DNA of 62,101 bases, counting the filler. It is 3 parts of 3 records of this genome, joined end to end, with 100 filler letters (N's around TTAATTAATTAA, not from the genome) between each part and the next. Parts side by side here need not be neighbours in the genome. Positions count along the whole stretch, not along the records: positions 1 to 26,597 come from SRR22947727_1469; 2 more parts are not named here. One strand, written 5' to 3'. The notes beneath the pieces were generated by a model, which saw nothing but the letters and a program-made list of their open reading frames with translations, ran no database searches and had not been told where the DNA came from. Numbering within the stretch: the first letter of the stretch is position 1; each line of letters begins with the position of its first letter. Of this stretch, positions 9,888-21,000 are shown one piece after another. Both the position numbers and the translations under genes were made by a program.

Positions 9888-10685
9888 CTAGCGCCTGATC
9901 GCGGTCGCTGTGTACGCGTAATTCTCGCAGGTCGCCATCGCTTCCCAGCTGGCTTCTAGCGCTGAGCCAGACCAGCTTGCCGTGCCCGCCGCTAGCGCAG
10001 CCTCGTCACCGAACAGGTCGAGCCATACAAAATCGGCATCGGCGAGCTCAAACTGGGGCTCCATCAGGTAGTAACCATAGTTGTTGGACCCACTTTCGGC
10101 GAGCCATGGGTCGTACTCGGCACGAAAGGCTGCGAGCGAGGCCGCGTCTTGCCCTTCATTGAAGGAGCAAAAGTCGAATCTAGGGTGAAAGGTGCCACCC
10201 ACCGCAATATCTGCCATCCCATCGTGACCGTCTGTCGGTTTAAACGTGTAGACGTTCTCAGGATCGTAGGACATGGCACCGGCCAATTCTGCGGACCAGT
10301 CGTCAACCTGATTTGCATTCCAATCGGCCCAGCCCGCCTCACGCGCCTCACTAGAGGGCCACATGATCACCCAGATCAAATCGAAGGCATCGGTCTCAAA
10401 CTGGGGCATCAACACATTAGCGCCCAGCATGTTGTAGCCGCCCGCATCAATGCGCGCGTTCCATCGATCGACAATATCCGCCATCTGCGCCTCGGTCATA
10501 TCGTCTGCGGTGTTATTCCAAACATAGTCAACCAGCAATTCACCAGCGGCCGCACTACTTTGCATCGGTGTCTCTGACATCTCAGGCGCGGTGACCTTAG
10601 GGGCAGCGACCGCAGCAGGCTCCTCGCTTTGACCACAGGCGGTCAGAAAAAGGGTTAATGAGGCAAGAACAATGAACATTTTCAT
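9888..10685 (-). CDS. Acidic lipoprotein of unknown function with two internally repeated domains
   Basis: Lipobox LTAC; internal repeat LMPQFE..DLIWV / LMEPQFE..DFVWL. Confidence 0.8.
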   Translation of the reverse strand: MKMFIVLASLTLFLTACGQSEEPAAVAAPKVTAPEMSETPMQSSAAAGELLVDYVWNNTADDMTEAQMADIVDRWNARIDAGGYNMLGANVLMPQFETDAFDLIWVIMWPSSEAREAGWADWNANQVDDWSAELAGAMSYDPENVYTFKPTDGHDGMADIAVGGTFHPRFDFCSFNEGQDAASLAAFRAEYDPWLAESGSNNYGYYLMEPQFELADADFVWLDLFGDEAALAAGTASWSGSALEASWEAMATCENYAYTATAIRR

Positions 10686-10805
10686 ATTGATTTAATCCTA
10701 GTCATTATTGTTAGGGGATATCAACGACACCGCAGTAAACCTAATTTTTCTCAGACCTACAAGCCCGCACGCATCGCCGCATACGGCGAGGCATCCATCT
10801 CGATG

Positions 10806-11573
10806 CTACATTGTCGGGTGCTGACTGACCGTACCGCCCTCGACGGGAAACTGCCCCCCCGTGCAAAAACTCGATTCATCGGAGGCCAAAAAGAGCGCCA
10901 TCGCGGCCACTTCTTCTACCGTTCCCATCCTCCCCAATGGGGACATCTGATTGCAGGCTGCTTCGACTTCAGGCGCCTGTGCAATCGCTGTTTTGAGAAT
11001 ATTGGTGAGGGTTGCGCCGGGATGAATCGAGTTGCAGCGAATGGTCAGGCCTGCATTGGCACAAGACACTGCGACCGACTTGGTGAGTCCCACCACACCC
11101 GCTTTCGAAGTGGTATAGGCTACGTCAGGGATCGCCAGGTAGGAGGTGGACGACGCCGTGTTCACAATAGAACCACTGGATCCGGCGGGGTTATCGCGCA
11201 TCAGCGCAATGGCGGTTTGGCAGCCCAGCATCATACCGGTGAGGTTAATGCTCAGTAGTTGGTTCCAAGTGGCCACGTCTACGGTCATGATGTCGGCGTT
11301 GCTGACGATGCCCGCGTTATTAATCATCACATCTAAGTGGCCAAAGTCTGCGCGGACTTTTTCTGCCAGGGCCGACCACGCCTGCTCAGAACTGACATCG
11401 AGCCGCACGAACTCTGCGCCGCATTCAGCCGCGACTGCGACGCCCCCTACTTCATCAATGTCGGCTAGTAAGACTTGGGCGCCCTCAGCGCAAAATCGGC
11501 GCACAATCCCCTCACCAATGCCCGAGGCACCGCCCGTTACCACCGCTATCTTGTCCTGCAATCGCCCCGCCAT
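10806..11573 (-). CDS. Short-chain dehydrogenase/reductase
   Basis: TGGASGIG, NNAG and YTTSK motifs; SD GAGGAG before the ATG at 11573. Confidence 0.93.
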   Translation of the reverse strand: MAGRLQDKIAVVTGGASGIGEGIVRRFCAEGAQVLLADIDEVGGVAVAAECGAEFVRLDVSSEQAWSALAEKVRADFGHLDVMINNAGIVSNADIMTVDVATWNQLLSINLTGMMLGCQTAIALMRDNPAGSSGSIVNTASSTSYLAIPDVAYTTSKAGVVGLTKSVAVSCANAGLTIRCNSIHPGATLTNILKTAIAQAPEVEAACNQMSPLGRMGTVEEVAAMALFLASDESSFCTGGQFPVEGGTVSQHPTM

Positions 11574-11900
11574 ACCTGGCTCCTCAACCGTCATCGAGGT
11601 TGGAGCGTAGCATCGCCGATCGCAAACGAATATCGTCTTTAACGGCACCTTGGTGGTTGAACATTGTTTTGTTAACTAACGCAAAGACAGCGAGCGCCGC
11701 CTGTTGGGAAATGGGTTGCCAAAACGCCTGTCACGTAGACTGGTTTCAGACCGAACCATTGAACCGCAGCGTCCTACGCTGCGGTTGCATGCCCTCCCTA
11801 GTGTGCCGTCCGTGGCGATGTCATCCCTGACCTAAGGTAAGCCGCGCTTGACCGGCTGAGTTTGCACCTTCAGCGCACATTAGCGAGCGGGCAGCGACGT

Positions 11901-12545
11901 TCACGAGGGCACACTGCAGCCGGGGCTTGCGCTCGCGGCGGACGCTTTGTCGATGAAGCGATCCTGAGCAACGCTGAAGATCAACAAGCCGTCTACCTCG
12001 ACCTCAGTGTTGACCTGCGTATCGTAAAGCGTGTCGCCCAAGGCCACTGGATAGCTCGACTTAAAGATAATCTCAGAGGCAAAGTCGACGGGTAAAGTCC
12101 CACCCTCAAGCTGCCTCACCACGTCACCAGTCCTCGCTAATCGGGCGCCCTCCCCGAAGGTATCGCGGCAGGCCGCTGAGAGGTTCCAAAAGGCAGGTAG
12201 ATCATTACCCGTGCTGTACACGGCGTCTGCAATACCCGCGTAGCGGTATCGGTATAAATCAAATTCTTGGCGCAATGCCTCTATCTCGTCGGTCACCGCG
12301 CTGATATCGATCGCCTCTAGACGGCCTAAAATCTCGCCCAGATCAATATTGGCGGCCTCTGCTTGCCCCAGAAAAGACTCCAATAGCCCCGCAAGATCAC
12401 TGCTGTCGTTATCAGCGCCATCGAACAAATCGTCAAAAAATGACATCAGATCTGCAGAGCTGTTCGCTTGATTTGGCGGGGCAGATTGCGCCCAGCCGGT
12501 CATAGGCAACATCACTATGATGAATGCCAAGGTCCATGCTTTCAT
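11901..12545 (-). CDS. Hypothetical secreted protein
   Basis: 214 aa with signal peptide MKAWTLAFIIVMLPMTGWA. Confidence 0.75.
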   Translation of the reverse strand: MKAWTLAFIIVMLPMTGWAQSAPPNQANSSADLMSFFDDLFDGADNDSSDLAGLLESFLGQAEAANIDLGEILGRLEAIDISAVTDEIEALRQEFDLYRYRYAGIADAVYSTGNDLPAFWNLSAACRDTFGEGARLARTGDVVRQLEGGTLPVDFASEIIFKSSYPVALGDTLYDTQVNTEVEVDGLLIFSVAQDRFIDKASAASASPGCSVPS

Positions 12546-12711
12546 TACATCGCATCCTATCGCTTAAAGAGAACACTCAGTATTGCATCGGCCTATAGGG
12601 CCTTACTTGACCGGCTCCGCCAATCATTTGACGAAACGCGTCAGAAAAGCGCGCTGCTCAACAACCAACTCACCAGCAGCAACGGCCAGCCAGCGTGGCC
12701 CCGCATCGACG

Positions 12712-13185
12712 CTACCAGCCGCGAGACCCCGGCACCCCCTTAAAGGGACCCACGAGGTTTGAGGTAATCCAGCCACCATAAAAATCCCCCGCCTGGGCCT
12801 GCACCTGCTCTCCCTCGACAAAACAGGCATCGACCTTCGAGGCATAAAAACTCAAGTAATCGGTGATGGGCTCAAATAGCTCAGAGGGGCGTCGATAGGT
12901 CCAGCTCACATTCGCCACAGTCCCCGACGCGCCCTCAAGATCAAAATAACTGGCGGCACCTTTCCATTCGCAAAAGGTGCGATGCTCGCTGTTATGCAAT
13001 TGCGACAGGTCCACGGCATCGGGCGGAAAATAGTAGGTGGGAGGATGCGAGGTTTCTAAAGTCCGAAATCCTCGTGTGGTTTCTGCCAGCACGCGGCCGC
13101 CGTGAAGGATCCTGAGATTGCCTGAAAACGGCTCGCAAACAGCCGGCCGCGGATAATCCCAGACGTTTTCAGTTTGCATCGTCAT
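12712..13185 (-). CDS. DUF427 family protein
   Basis: ENVWDYPRP, LETSHPPTYY, TFCEWKG, FYGGWIT motifs. Confidence 0.9.
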   Translation of the reverse strand: MTMQTENVWDYPRPAVCEPFSGNLRILHGGRVLAETTRGFRTLETSHPPTYYFPPDAVDLSQLHNSEHRTFCEWKGAASYFDLEGASGTVANVSWTYRRPSELFEPITDYLSFYASKVDACFVEGEQVQAQAGDFYGGWITSNLVGPFKGVPGSRGW

Positions 13186-13263
13186 AACCTTTCGGTCTCC
13201 GTCTGTCGTTAATCGATTCAGTGGTCGTTTCCACAGCCAATCGCCATGGACTATGTATCGTGA

Positions 13264-14250
13264 TCAGCGCTCCATGGGCTCAAGGTAATGCAGTGCAAAC
13301 AGGCACTCATCATCCATCCACGTCTGAACGCGTCGCAATCCCGCCCGGGCGGCAAGATCGGAAAAGCCGTCCACCGTATATTTATAGGAGCTCTCCGTGT
13401 GGATGCGCTCACCGGCCGAGAAACCGATGTCATGCCCACTGATGTGGATTGTCTGGTAATGCGCACTGATCAGATGCATCTCAATGCGCCGCAATGTCTC
13501 ATCATAAAAGGCGTGATGCTGAAAAGCGTCGGGATCAAAGTCGGACCCCACCAGATCATTCACACGCTGCAGGATGTTGCGATTAAATCGCGCTGTCACG
13601 CCCGCGGCATCGTTGTAGGCCGCCTCCAGTCGATCGGTGGCTTTGTGCAAATCAACGCCGATCAGCACGCCGCCATCAGATCCAATGAGGCTCACCGCTT
13701 GATCTAAAAAATTGAGGGCAGCCTGTGGGTCGAGATTGCCGATTGTCGACCCGGGATAAAACAACACGCGACGGCCCTCAGGAAGGTGCTCCTCAAAGGA
13801 TGAAAAGTCGCGAAAGTCAGCGCAGAGCGCGCTCACCGAGAGCCAAGGATAAGCCGCCGCAACATCCTGCGCTGCGCTGAAAAGAAAATCGGCCGAGATA
13901 TCCAGAGGTACAAATGCGGAGGGCTTAATCGCATCCAGTAACAAGCGGACTTTGGCGCAACTGCCCGCACCGGGCTCAATGAGCACGCTACCCTGACCGC
14001 AATATGCCGCAATACTGTCTCGCTGCGCCTTGAGAATACTGACTTCAGTACGCGTGGGGTAATACTCAGGTAACGCCGTGATCTGCTCGAACAAAGCCGA
14101 CCCCTCCGCATCGTAAAACCATTTTGGGTCCAGCATCTTGGGCTCTGTCTGTAGACCCGCCAGGATTTCTTTATGGCAGTCGTCTGGTGCCGGGTGAGCG
14201 TCAAAAAAGCTGACGTTCGCCGGTGTCAACGATGGCGATTTACTGTTCAT
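13264..14250 (-). CDS. egtD: L-histidine N-alpha-trimethyltransferase (hercynine synthase)
   Basis: PKWFYDAEGSALFEQITALPEYYPTRTE, PGSTIGN, AYNDAAGVT, IHTESSYKY. Confidence 0.95.
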   Translation of the reverse strand: MNSKSPSLTPANVSFFDAHPAPDDCHKEILAGLQTEPKMLDPKWFYDAEGSALFEQITALPEYYPTRTEVSILKAQRDSIAAYCGQGSVLIEPGAGSCAKVRLLLDAIKPSAFVPLDISADFLFSAAQDVAAAYPWLSVSALCADFRDFSSFEEHLPEGRRVLFYPGSTIGNLDPQAALNFLDQAVSLIGSDGGVLIGVDLHKATDRLEAAYNDAAGVTARFNRNILQRVNDLVGSDFDPDAFQHHAFYDETLRRIEMHLISAHYQTIHISGHDIGFSAGERIHTESSYKYTVDGFSDLAARAGLRRVQTWMDDECLFALHYLEPMER

Positions 14251-14258
14251 GACGAATC

Positions 14259-15515
14259 CTATGCGTTCTCGCGTGCGAGGCGCAGGCCGGTAAACTGCCA
14301 ACGGTCTTCGGGATAGAAAAAATTGCGGTAAGAGGGCCGTAAGTGCCCGGGGCTACTCACACATGAGCCACCGCGCAGCACCCACTGATTACTCATGAAT
14401 TTGCCATTGTATTCACCAATGGCACCCTCGGCCGCACTGAACCCGGGGTACGGCACATAGGCGCTGCGGGTCCACTGCCAACAGGCATCGTCAAGCTGCT
14501 GCAATCCTTGCTCAGCGCTGTCTGCGGGCTCTGGATGAAGACGCACTGCATGGGTGCCAGCCGACTCAGCCATGCTCGCGGCCACCTCCCACTCCTGCTC
14601 TGTCGGCAATCTCGCCCCCGCCCATCGCGCGTAAGCCTCGGCCTCATAGCCACTGATATGAGTGACCGGCGACTGTGGACTGCGAGACACCAAACCCTCA
14701 AGGGTGTATTCCTCACTGCCCCGCCAGTACAGCGGCGCCGTCCAGTTCTCGCACTGCACGGTATTCCAACCATCTGAGAGCCACAATTCAGGGCGCTGGT
14801 AACCCCCGTCGGCAATAAACTGCTCATACTCGCCATTGGTCACCAGTCTCCGAGCCAGCTCAAACGGTGCGATGTAAACCTGATGGCGGGGTTGTTCGTT
14901 GTCGAAACAAAAGCCGGCGCCATCGTGGCCGATGGACACCAGTCCGCCGTCAACAACCGACCAGGCCAGCGGCGCTGTGACGCCGTCAGAACTCTTCGGT
15001 GCCGCCGCAGCCAAAAAAGCGGGGGACAGCGGATTGATCGACAGTGAGTATTTGATATCGGTAAAAAAGAGCTCCTGATGCTGGCATTCATGCTCAATAC
15101 CCAATCGCACCCGAGCATGAATTTCCTCGCGCGCGGGATGTGCGCCGTCCGCGAGCAATTGCAAAATGGCTGCCTCAACCGTGGAGCGATAGTGGCGAAT
15201 CTCCTCCAGCGAGGGACGTGATAATAACGCGCGTTTTGGCCGAGGAAATAGCTCACCAATGCCGTTGTAATAAGAATTAAACAGCATCTCGTAACGCGGA
15301 TTCTCCGGCTCATAGTCGTTGAGAAAGGGCACCAGAATAAAAGTCTCGAAGAACCACGTGGTATGCGCGAGGTGCCACTTAGGCGGGCTGGTAAAGGCCT
15401 CCGCCTGAAGAGAGTGATCTTCAATGGATAATGACCGGCAGTGACTCAGCGACGCTTGCCTGACCTCACGGAACCGCGCGACTAACTCCAGCGACCCGAC
15501 GCTTGCCTGATTCAT
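14259..15515 (-). CDS. egtB: Ergothioneine sulfoxide synthase, NSYY (type II-like) variant
   Basis: SPPKWHLAHTTWFFETF, FNSYY, HECQHQEL Fe ligands, FGE-like C-terminal domain, YRNFFYPEDRWQFTGLRLA. Confidence 0.95.
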   Translation of the reverse strand: MNQASVGSLELVARFREVRQASLSHCRSLSIEDHSLQAEAFTSPPKWHLAHTTWFFETFILVPFLNDYEPENPRYEMLFNSYYNGIGELFPRPKRALLSRPSLEEIRHYRSTVEAAILQLLADGAHPAREEIHARVRLGIEHECQHQELFFTDIKYSLSINPLSPAFLAAAAPKSSDGVTAPLAWSVVDGGLVSIGHDGAGFCFDNEQPRHQVYIAPFELARRLVTNGEYEQFIADGGYQRPELWLSDGWNTVQCENWTAPLYWRGSEEYTLEGLVSRSPQSPVTHISGYEAEAYARWAGARLPTEQEWEVAASMAESAGTHAVRLHPEPADSAEQGLQQLDDACWQWTRSAYVPYPGFSAAEGAIGEYNGKFMSNQWVLRGGSCVSSPGHLRPSYRNFFYPEDRWQFTGLRLARENA

Positions 15516-16291
15516 TCTATTTGCGGTTCCCTTTGCACTTGCCCACCGACCCACACGGTGTCGCCTTCAACGGCACCATAAAGCAGACCCCCTCCTGGGG
15601 ATAACTGCGCTGCCATTATTTCATGGTCAGTGTAGCGTGTCCCAGCGCTGGCGGTGATTAGGCGCATTGCTGACCCGGTCGCCGTGTCCTCGGCGGACCC
15701 ATACTGGGGTGCAAAATAACGAAAGCAATAAGGCGTCGGGGTGGCGTCATTTTGTGCGCATCGAACATATACCAGCAGCGCCCGATCGGTCAGCGCCTTC
15801 AATGCCTCGCCGGGTGGTGTCATGGCGGCCAGTTCATCCGGCGACTGCAACTCGACCAGCAGATACCCCGACGCAGCGCCAACCCGATCGCAGGACAGTG
15901 CGGCACCGGGCAAAAGACGATCAATACCCTGGGGGAGCGCCGAGGGCGTTAGATCAGGATAGGGAAATTGCAGCCAGATGAGCGCGCCCTCCTGACGAAA
16001 GGGAATGTGAGTAGCGCCATTGACCAGCCCACCATCACACTCCCATCGCGCCCGCCAGAACGCGGCACTGCACAGCAACCCATGCCCACAGCACTCAATC
16101 GGCCTACCCTGATCAGAGAAGCACCTGACTTCGGCTCGCCGCTCACCCAGATCCCGGGTCAGGCAGCGTGTGGTTGGCCCTGCCGGTAATTGATCGGGCA
16201 GTGCGGTCGCCAGTGCGCGCAGACCACAGGGATTGCCCTCGGCCGCTTCACCGTAAAAAGCGCGAAAGTGCTCGTAGGTGTCATCAGACAT
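15512..16291 (-). CDS. PhzF/DAP-epimerase-fold protein
   Basis: AF...GNP, CGHG and RYFAP...EDTATGSA motifs; stop overlaps the egtB ATG (ATGA). Confidence 0.88.
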   Translation of the reverse strand: MSDDTYEHFRAFYGEAAEGNPCGLRALATALPDQLPAGPTTRCLTRDLGERRAEVRCFSDQGRPIECCGHGLLCSAAFWRARWECDGGLVNGATHIPFRQEGALIWLQFPYPDLTPSALPQGIDRLLPGAALSCDRVGAASGYLLVELQSPDELAAMTPPGEALKALTDRALLVYVRCAQNDATPTPYCFRYFAPQYGSAEDTATGSAMRLITASAGTRYTDHEIMAAQLSPGGGLLYGAVEGDTVWVGGQVQREPQIE

Positions 16292-16461
16292 ACCATCTCC
16301 ATCACGCTATTTGCGGCCACACTCGGTCGACTTTGCCGCTGTTCGCAGCCCGCCCCTTAGCGTCATTACGCTGCTGGTTGTGATTCGGTTGTCACACTGA
16401 GCACCCGGGGCAGGCAACGGCCACGCATGACAGTCATACAGTGCGTGATGCTAGGAGATCG

Positions 16462-16491
16462 CTGGCCTGCACTGGCCTGCACTGTACTGCA
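16462..16491. repeat. 10-bp tandem repeat (CTGGCCTGCA x2, CTGTACTGCA)
   Basis: Direct read, intergenic. Confidence 0.6.
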
Positions 16492-16773
16492 TAAAACGCA
16501 ACTTTAAAGCCGGGCAGGAGACCTAAGGTGGCAGTATTAGTGCTTTAAGCGCTGTTCGCGTGACGCCAGGGTGTATTCTTAATCAGATGCTTTCTAGCTT
16601 AGCGTGTAGCACTGAGACTTCTTTTTGGTAATCATGAAGTCATGACAAGCCTTAAAGACAGACTAGGCGATTTTGCCGCTAGAATGGGATTCACAGTGCT
16701 ACTGGCCCTACTTCACTAGACTGTCGCGGGGCTTCAACTGAGTTAAGTCGTCACAACGGTAAAGGTAACTACT

Positions 16774-17565
16774 ATGTCGAATCACAAAGCGTTAGAGATG
16801 TTTGGTCGATCGGGCAACCCCTCTCTGAATGCAGAAACGTTCTCCAGCAGCGCCCCCGACGCATCATTTGCGGCCGGTGCACCCGCCGCGACAATGACCT
16901 TACAAGGCACGGTCAACAGAACGGGCATATTGCTGGCACTGGTCTTCGTTTCGGCGTCTTATACCTGGTCGATGTTTTTCTCAAGCGGGAATCCTGCAAC
17001 GGTAATGCCCTGGGCTATCGGCGGAGCGGTGGTTGGCCTTATCTTGGCGCTGGTCACCATGTTTAAAAAACAATGGTCAGGCATCACAGCGCCGTTATAT
17101 GCGATAGCAGAAGGGTTATTTTTAGGCGCCATTTCGGCCATCTTCGAGGCGCAGTATCCGGGCATTGTGATACAGGCGGTAGGGCTAACCTTAGGCACCC
17201 TAGCGTCACTGTTGTTCCTCTATAAAACCGGTCTCGTCAAGCCAACAGAAAACTTCCGACTCATGGTGACCTCTGCGACGATGGGCATAGGCTTACTCTA
17301 TTTAGTCAGCATGATTATGAATATGTTTGGCTCTGGCGGTATCGGTTTCATTCACTCAAACGGCTTGTTCGGTATTGGCTTTAGCCTTTTCGTGGTCGCT
17401 ATAGCAGCTTTAAATCTAGTGCTCGATTTTGATTTTATTGAGCAGGGTTCGGAGATGGGCGCCCCTAAATACATGGAATGGTTCGGCGCATTCTCTCTGA
17501 TGGTCACCCTCATATGGCTCTACCTTGAAATGCTGAGACTGTTAGCCAAACTGAGAAGTCGATAG
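16774..17565 (+). CDS. Bax inhibitor-1/YccA family membrane protein
   Basis: RSGNP, MTLQGTVNRT, NLVLDFDFIEQG, APKYMEWFGAF, WLYLEMLRLL. Confidence 0.92.
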   Translation: MSNHKALEMFGRSGNPSLNAETFSSSAPDASFAAGAPAATMTLQGTVNRTGILLALVFVSASYTWSMFFSSGNPATVMPWAIGGAVVGLILALVTMFKKQWSGITAPLYAIAEGLFLGAISAIFEAQYPGIVIQAVGLTLGTLASLLFLYKTGLVKPTENFRLMVTSATMGIGLLYLVSMIMNMFGSGGIGFIHSNGLFGIGFSLFVVAIAALNLVLDFDFIEQGSEMGAPKYMEWFGAFSLMVTLIWLYLEMLRLLAKLRSR

Positions 17566-17765
17566 TGGATTTTAATACGCTGCTGTTTGGCGGGTTATCG
17601 ATTTTATCCCTCGCCGTTTTTTTCTACCTTAGCCGTTTTAAGGCGTCGTCGAGACAGACTCAGAGGGAGGATCGTATCGATTGGTCTTCCCGACAGTTTT
17701 CTCTGTGGAAGGTTTTTCTATGTTGCCTAGTTGCCGCTATCGGGGTGGCATTCCTGGCGGCGTAG
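17565..17765 (+). CDS. Small two-TM hypothetical protein
   Basis: GTG start overlaps the upstream stop; two hydrophobic segments. Confidence 0.65.
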   Translation: MDFNTLLFGGLSILSLAVFFYLSRFKASSRQTQREDRIDWSSRQFSLWKVFLCCLVAAIGVAFLAA

Positions 17766-17861
17766 AAACCTAACGCCTCGCTGAGTTGGAGTAGGTGATG
17801 GGAACCGCATTTCGGGCTCAACCCGTTAATAGTGCTACGTGCCAGGAAAGCTCACCTGGAC

Positions 17862-17897
17862 GATACCCCCACGGATACCCCCACGGATACCCCCAAA
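17862..17897. repeat. 12-bp tandem repeat GATACCCCCACG x3 (third copy imperfect)
   Basis: Direct read. Confidence 0.85.
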
Positions 17898-17931
17898 TAG
17901 GCGCGCTAACCCCCTTTCTGCTACGGGCAAC

Positions 17932-18015
17932 TCAGAGCAGTGCAGTCAGAACACTTCAGTCAGAGCACTTCAGTCAGAGCACTTCAGTCAGAGCAGTGCA
18001 GTCAGAGCAGTGCCA
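17932..18015. repeat. 14-bp tandem repeat x6 (TCAGAGCAGTGCAG / TCAGAGCACTTCAG variants)
   Basis: Direct read; contiguous units with no spacers. Confidence 0.9.
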
Positions 18016-18083
18016 GCGAGATGTGTTCCTGCGATAACAAGAGTGCCCTCCCGCCAAGCGACGGCAGGGCCGATGTTACCAGA

Positions 18084-21000
18084 CTACGCCAGCCGCAAGC
18101 GCCGGTAGCCCATCCAGCCCATGAGGCCCGCAAGCAGCCCCAGCACCCAGTAAGGAATCGGCACCGGGACCGTCGCCACCGGAGGCACAATCACAACAGA
18201 TTCGGAGGCCGGGCTGTCGCCCTCACTATTGCGCGCCTTCAAGGTAATGCTTACGCCCTCACCATTGGTGAGCCCGGTGATCGTGATCGGGCTTGAGGCA
18301 TCTGCAGGATCCAAGGCGGTGTAGTCGACACCATTGGTACTGTAGAGATAGTTAGTGATCGCATTACCCTGATCATTACCCGGCGTAAACGAAATGGTCG
18401 CGCTGCCATCACCCGCCGTCGCCAAGAGGTCATAGGGTCTCTCGGGCTTGCCCGAGGACACCGCAACTGCCACCGGGTCGTTAATCTCACCCGATGTGGG
18501 ATCCGCGTCTAGCGGCCCATTGTCGGTCAAGTTGTAACGGATCGTTCTGCCCTCGATAGTCGCCCCTTCGATCGCACGCCACTCTCCACCCTGATATTTA
18601 TAGGGGATGCCATTCGCCGGGGGGTCCTGACTCAGCGTAATGGCGACGCCCACTGTTTCACCGGGTTTACAGTTGGTCAGCGTGAAATCGAGCATGTTTA
18701 CATAGGCTGACTTGACGTTCGACTCAAGTGCCGGGGCCGGTGTCAGCGCGGCTGTCTTAACGGAGCAACTGCTGCCATTCTCGGGCGTAATATCCAGGTC
18801 AATTGTCTCGTTTTGATCCGTGATAATCGTGACCTTCGGGCGAGGTAAGGTCGCAGTTACTGGCACTGAATTCGCGCCACTGCCCTCGGCGTTGATCGCT
18901 CTGACAGATATCTTATAGCTCTCCCCGTTCTCCAAGCCTGTGATCGTGAAAGAGGTAGAGGTACTCGCAGGGCTCAGCGCCCTCCAGTTTCCACCATCGA
19001 TCTGGTAGGCATAGTTGGTGATGGCCGCACCGTTATCGCTGCCGGGGGTGAAGCTGACCGATAGCTGTTTATCACCGGGCGTCAGTGCCACGTTAATCGG
19101 CGCATCGGGTGGAGAGGCTCCGGAGACCGGCGTAAACGTGAGGGTAGCCGACGGGACGCTCAAACCCACACTTGTTTGGGTCTGCAGGGAAATCCTGTGG
19201 GCCTGATCATTGGTAAGCCCGGTGACCGTCAAAGGCCCGCTGGTATCTCCTAAAGGCGCAGGTTCGCCGCCATCCACACTCACATAGTAGTTGGTAATCG
19301 CGGCACCGTTGTTCGGGTCGCTATTGGAGAAATCAACGACCGCAAAGCCGTCCCCCACCGTTGCCGATAAATTCGTTGGCGGTAAAGGCCGGCCCACGGG
19401 AACAAAAGTCACAGACTCAGATGGGTCGCTGATGAGCACCTCATCGCCCACGCCCGCACTCACAGTGCGCATCACCAGACCATAGATAGCGCCATTTGTG
19501 AGATCAGCGACGGTGAAGGGTGCCACGGTGTCACCGACGGCAGTCCAGGCGCCATTACCCAGCCGATACTCATAGGCCAGCACTGTGGCGCCCGCGTTAT
19601 TGCCGGCACTAAAGGTAATCTGTGCCTGCTTGTGACCGGCGGTCGCAGCAACTTGCACCGGTGATGGCGCTTCGACCGGCGGCGGCACGATCTCAAAGTC
19701 ATAAAAGGTACCATTGACTTCAATAAAATCAACGTAGCTTTGGCGAGCGACCACCGCAGGACCGCCCAAGCGAATCCGGTTGACCGCTCGATTTCCATAG
19801 AGCTCGGTCCATTGGTCGAGCGTATAAGTGGCACCAGCATTGGCTTCATTGCTGTTGTTTACGTTGATGTGTCTAAATCGAGAGGTGGCCGGGTTAATCG
19901 TGACTTTACTCCAGGCGCCGGCCGTGCCCAGCGGCTGCTGGTTGACTTGCAAGGCGAGCGTCTCGGTACCCTGCCCGTCAAGACGATCAACAACAATGCT
20001 GAGCGCCGGATAATTACCGACTTTGTCGTGCCATACCTCGTAGCTAAGGCTCTCAATATCATGCAATTTCTGCAGTACGCGCCCGCCTTCGTGCAAATCC
20101 GTCGCCGAGATTTCCACCCGCCAAATATCGCCGACATCGGCGAGGCTAGCATTGAGGCTGTAGGCATTGCCCCGGATATTGTTCGGGATGCCGCCCTGCA
20201 GGCGATCTTTAACGTACCGCGAAGACTGGACCGCCAGATACCATCCGTGCGGGTCGTCCTCATCAACAATCACCAGGATATCAGCAAGGTCAGCCCGGGG
20301 CCTGAAGGCAATCGTCGCGCTCTCACCCACGCCGGCAGCACTCACCGCACGGAGGGACAATCGATCCTCGCGGCCGTTCTTGAGCCCGGAGGTCACGGCA
20401 AATTGGTACGGCGCGCTGTCGATGGCGCCTAGCGACTCCCACGTGGCCTCGCTGCCTGCCTCGCCATTGAGGCTGTACTCATAGTGGGTAATGGGCTTGT
20501 CCCCGGGGTCGCCCGGCGCAAACGAGAAGATAATGGCCTCTTCAGTCCCCGGTGCGGCGTCTAAATTGACAGGCGCTGCGGGGGGCAAAGGTGGCAAACC
20601 TTCAAAATCGAAGGTGACGCCATTCACCTCGATGTGATCAACGTAGGTGGTATTGGCGGTCTCACCGGAGTCGGAACCCGTCTGCCATCGGATCAAATTA
20701 ATGCGTCGGTCGCCGTACTGTGCAATCCACTCAGAGAGCGGCTTAGATTCAGACTCCTCGCCCTCTGCCAGAAAGCCACTCCTGAAACGCGTTGCATTGA
20801 AATCAATGGTGACAAGATTCCACCCTGTGCTGATAGCGGGCATGTCGCGGCTATCGACGTCGAGTTGCGCAATGGTTTTACCATCGGCGGCCACGGTGTT
20901 CCGTGCGATCTGCAAACCCAACCGCGGGTAACTGACAGCGTCGCTGTGCTGCGTGTAGAAACTGAGGCTCGTGAGGTCAGAGAGCCGATCAATCTTGCGC

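Noticed and set aside
13264-15515. Selenoneine (senABC) or ovothiol cluster
   Set aside because: There is no SenB glycosyltransferase or selenophosphate synthetase nearby, and no C-terminal methyltransferase fused to the sulfoxide synthase.
17932-18015. Possible CRISPR array
   Set aside because: The units are contiguous 14-mers without unique spacers, and no cas genes are present.
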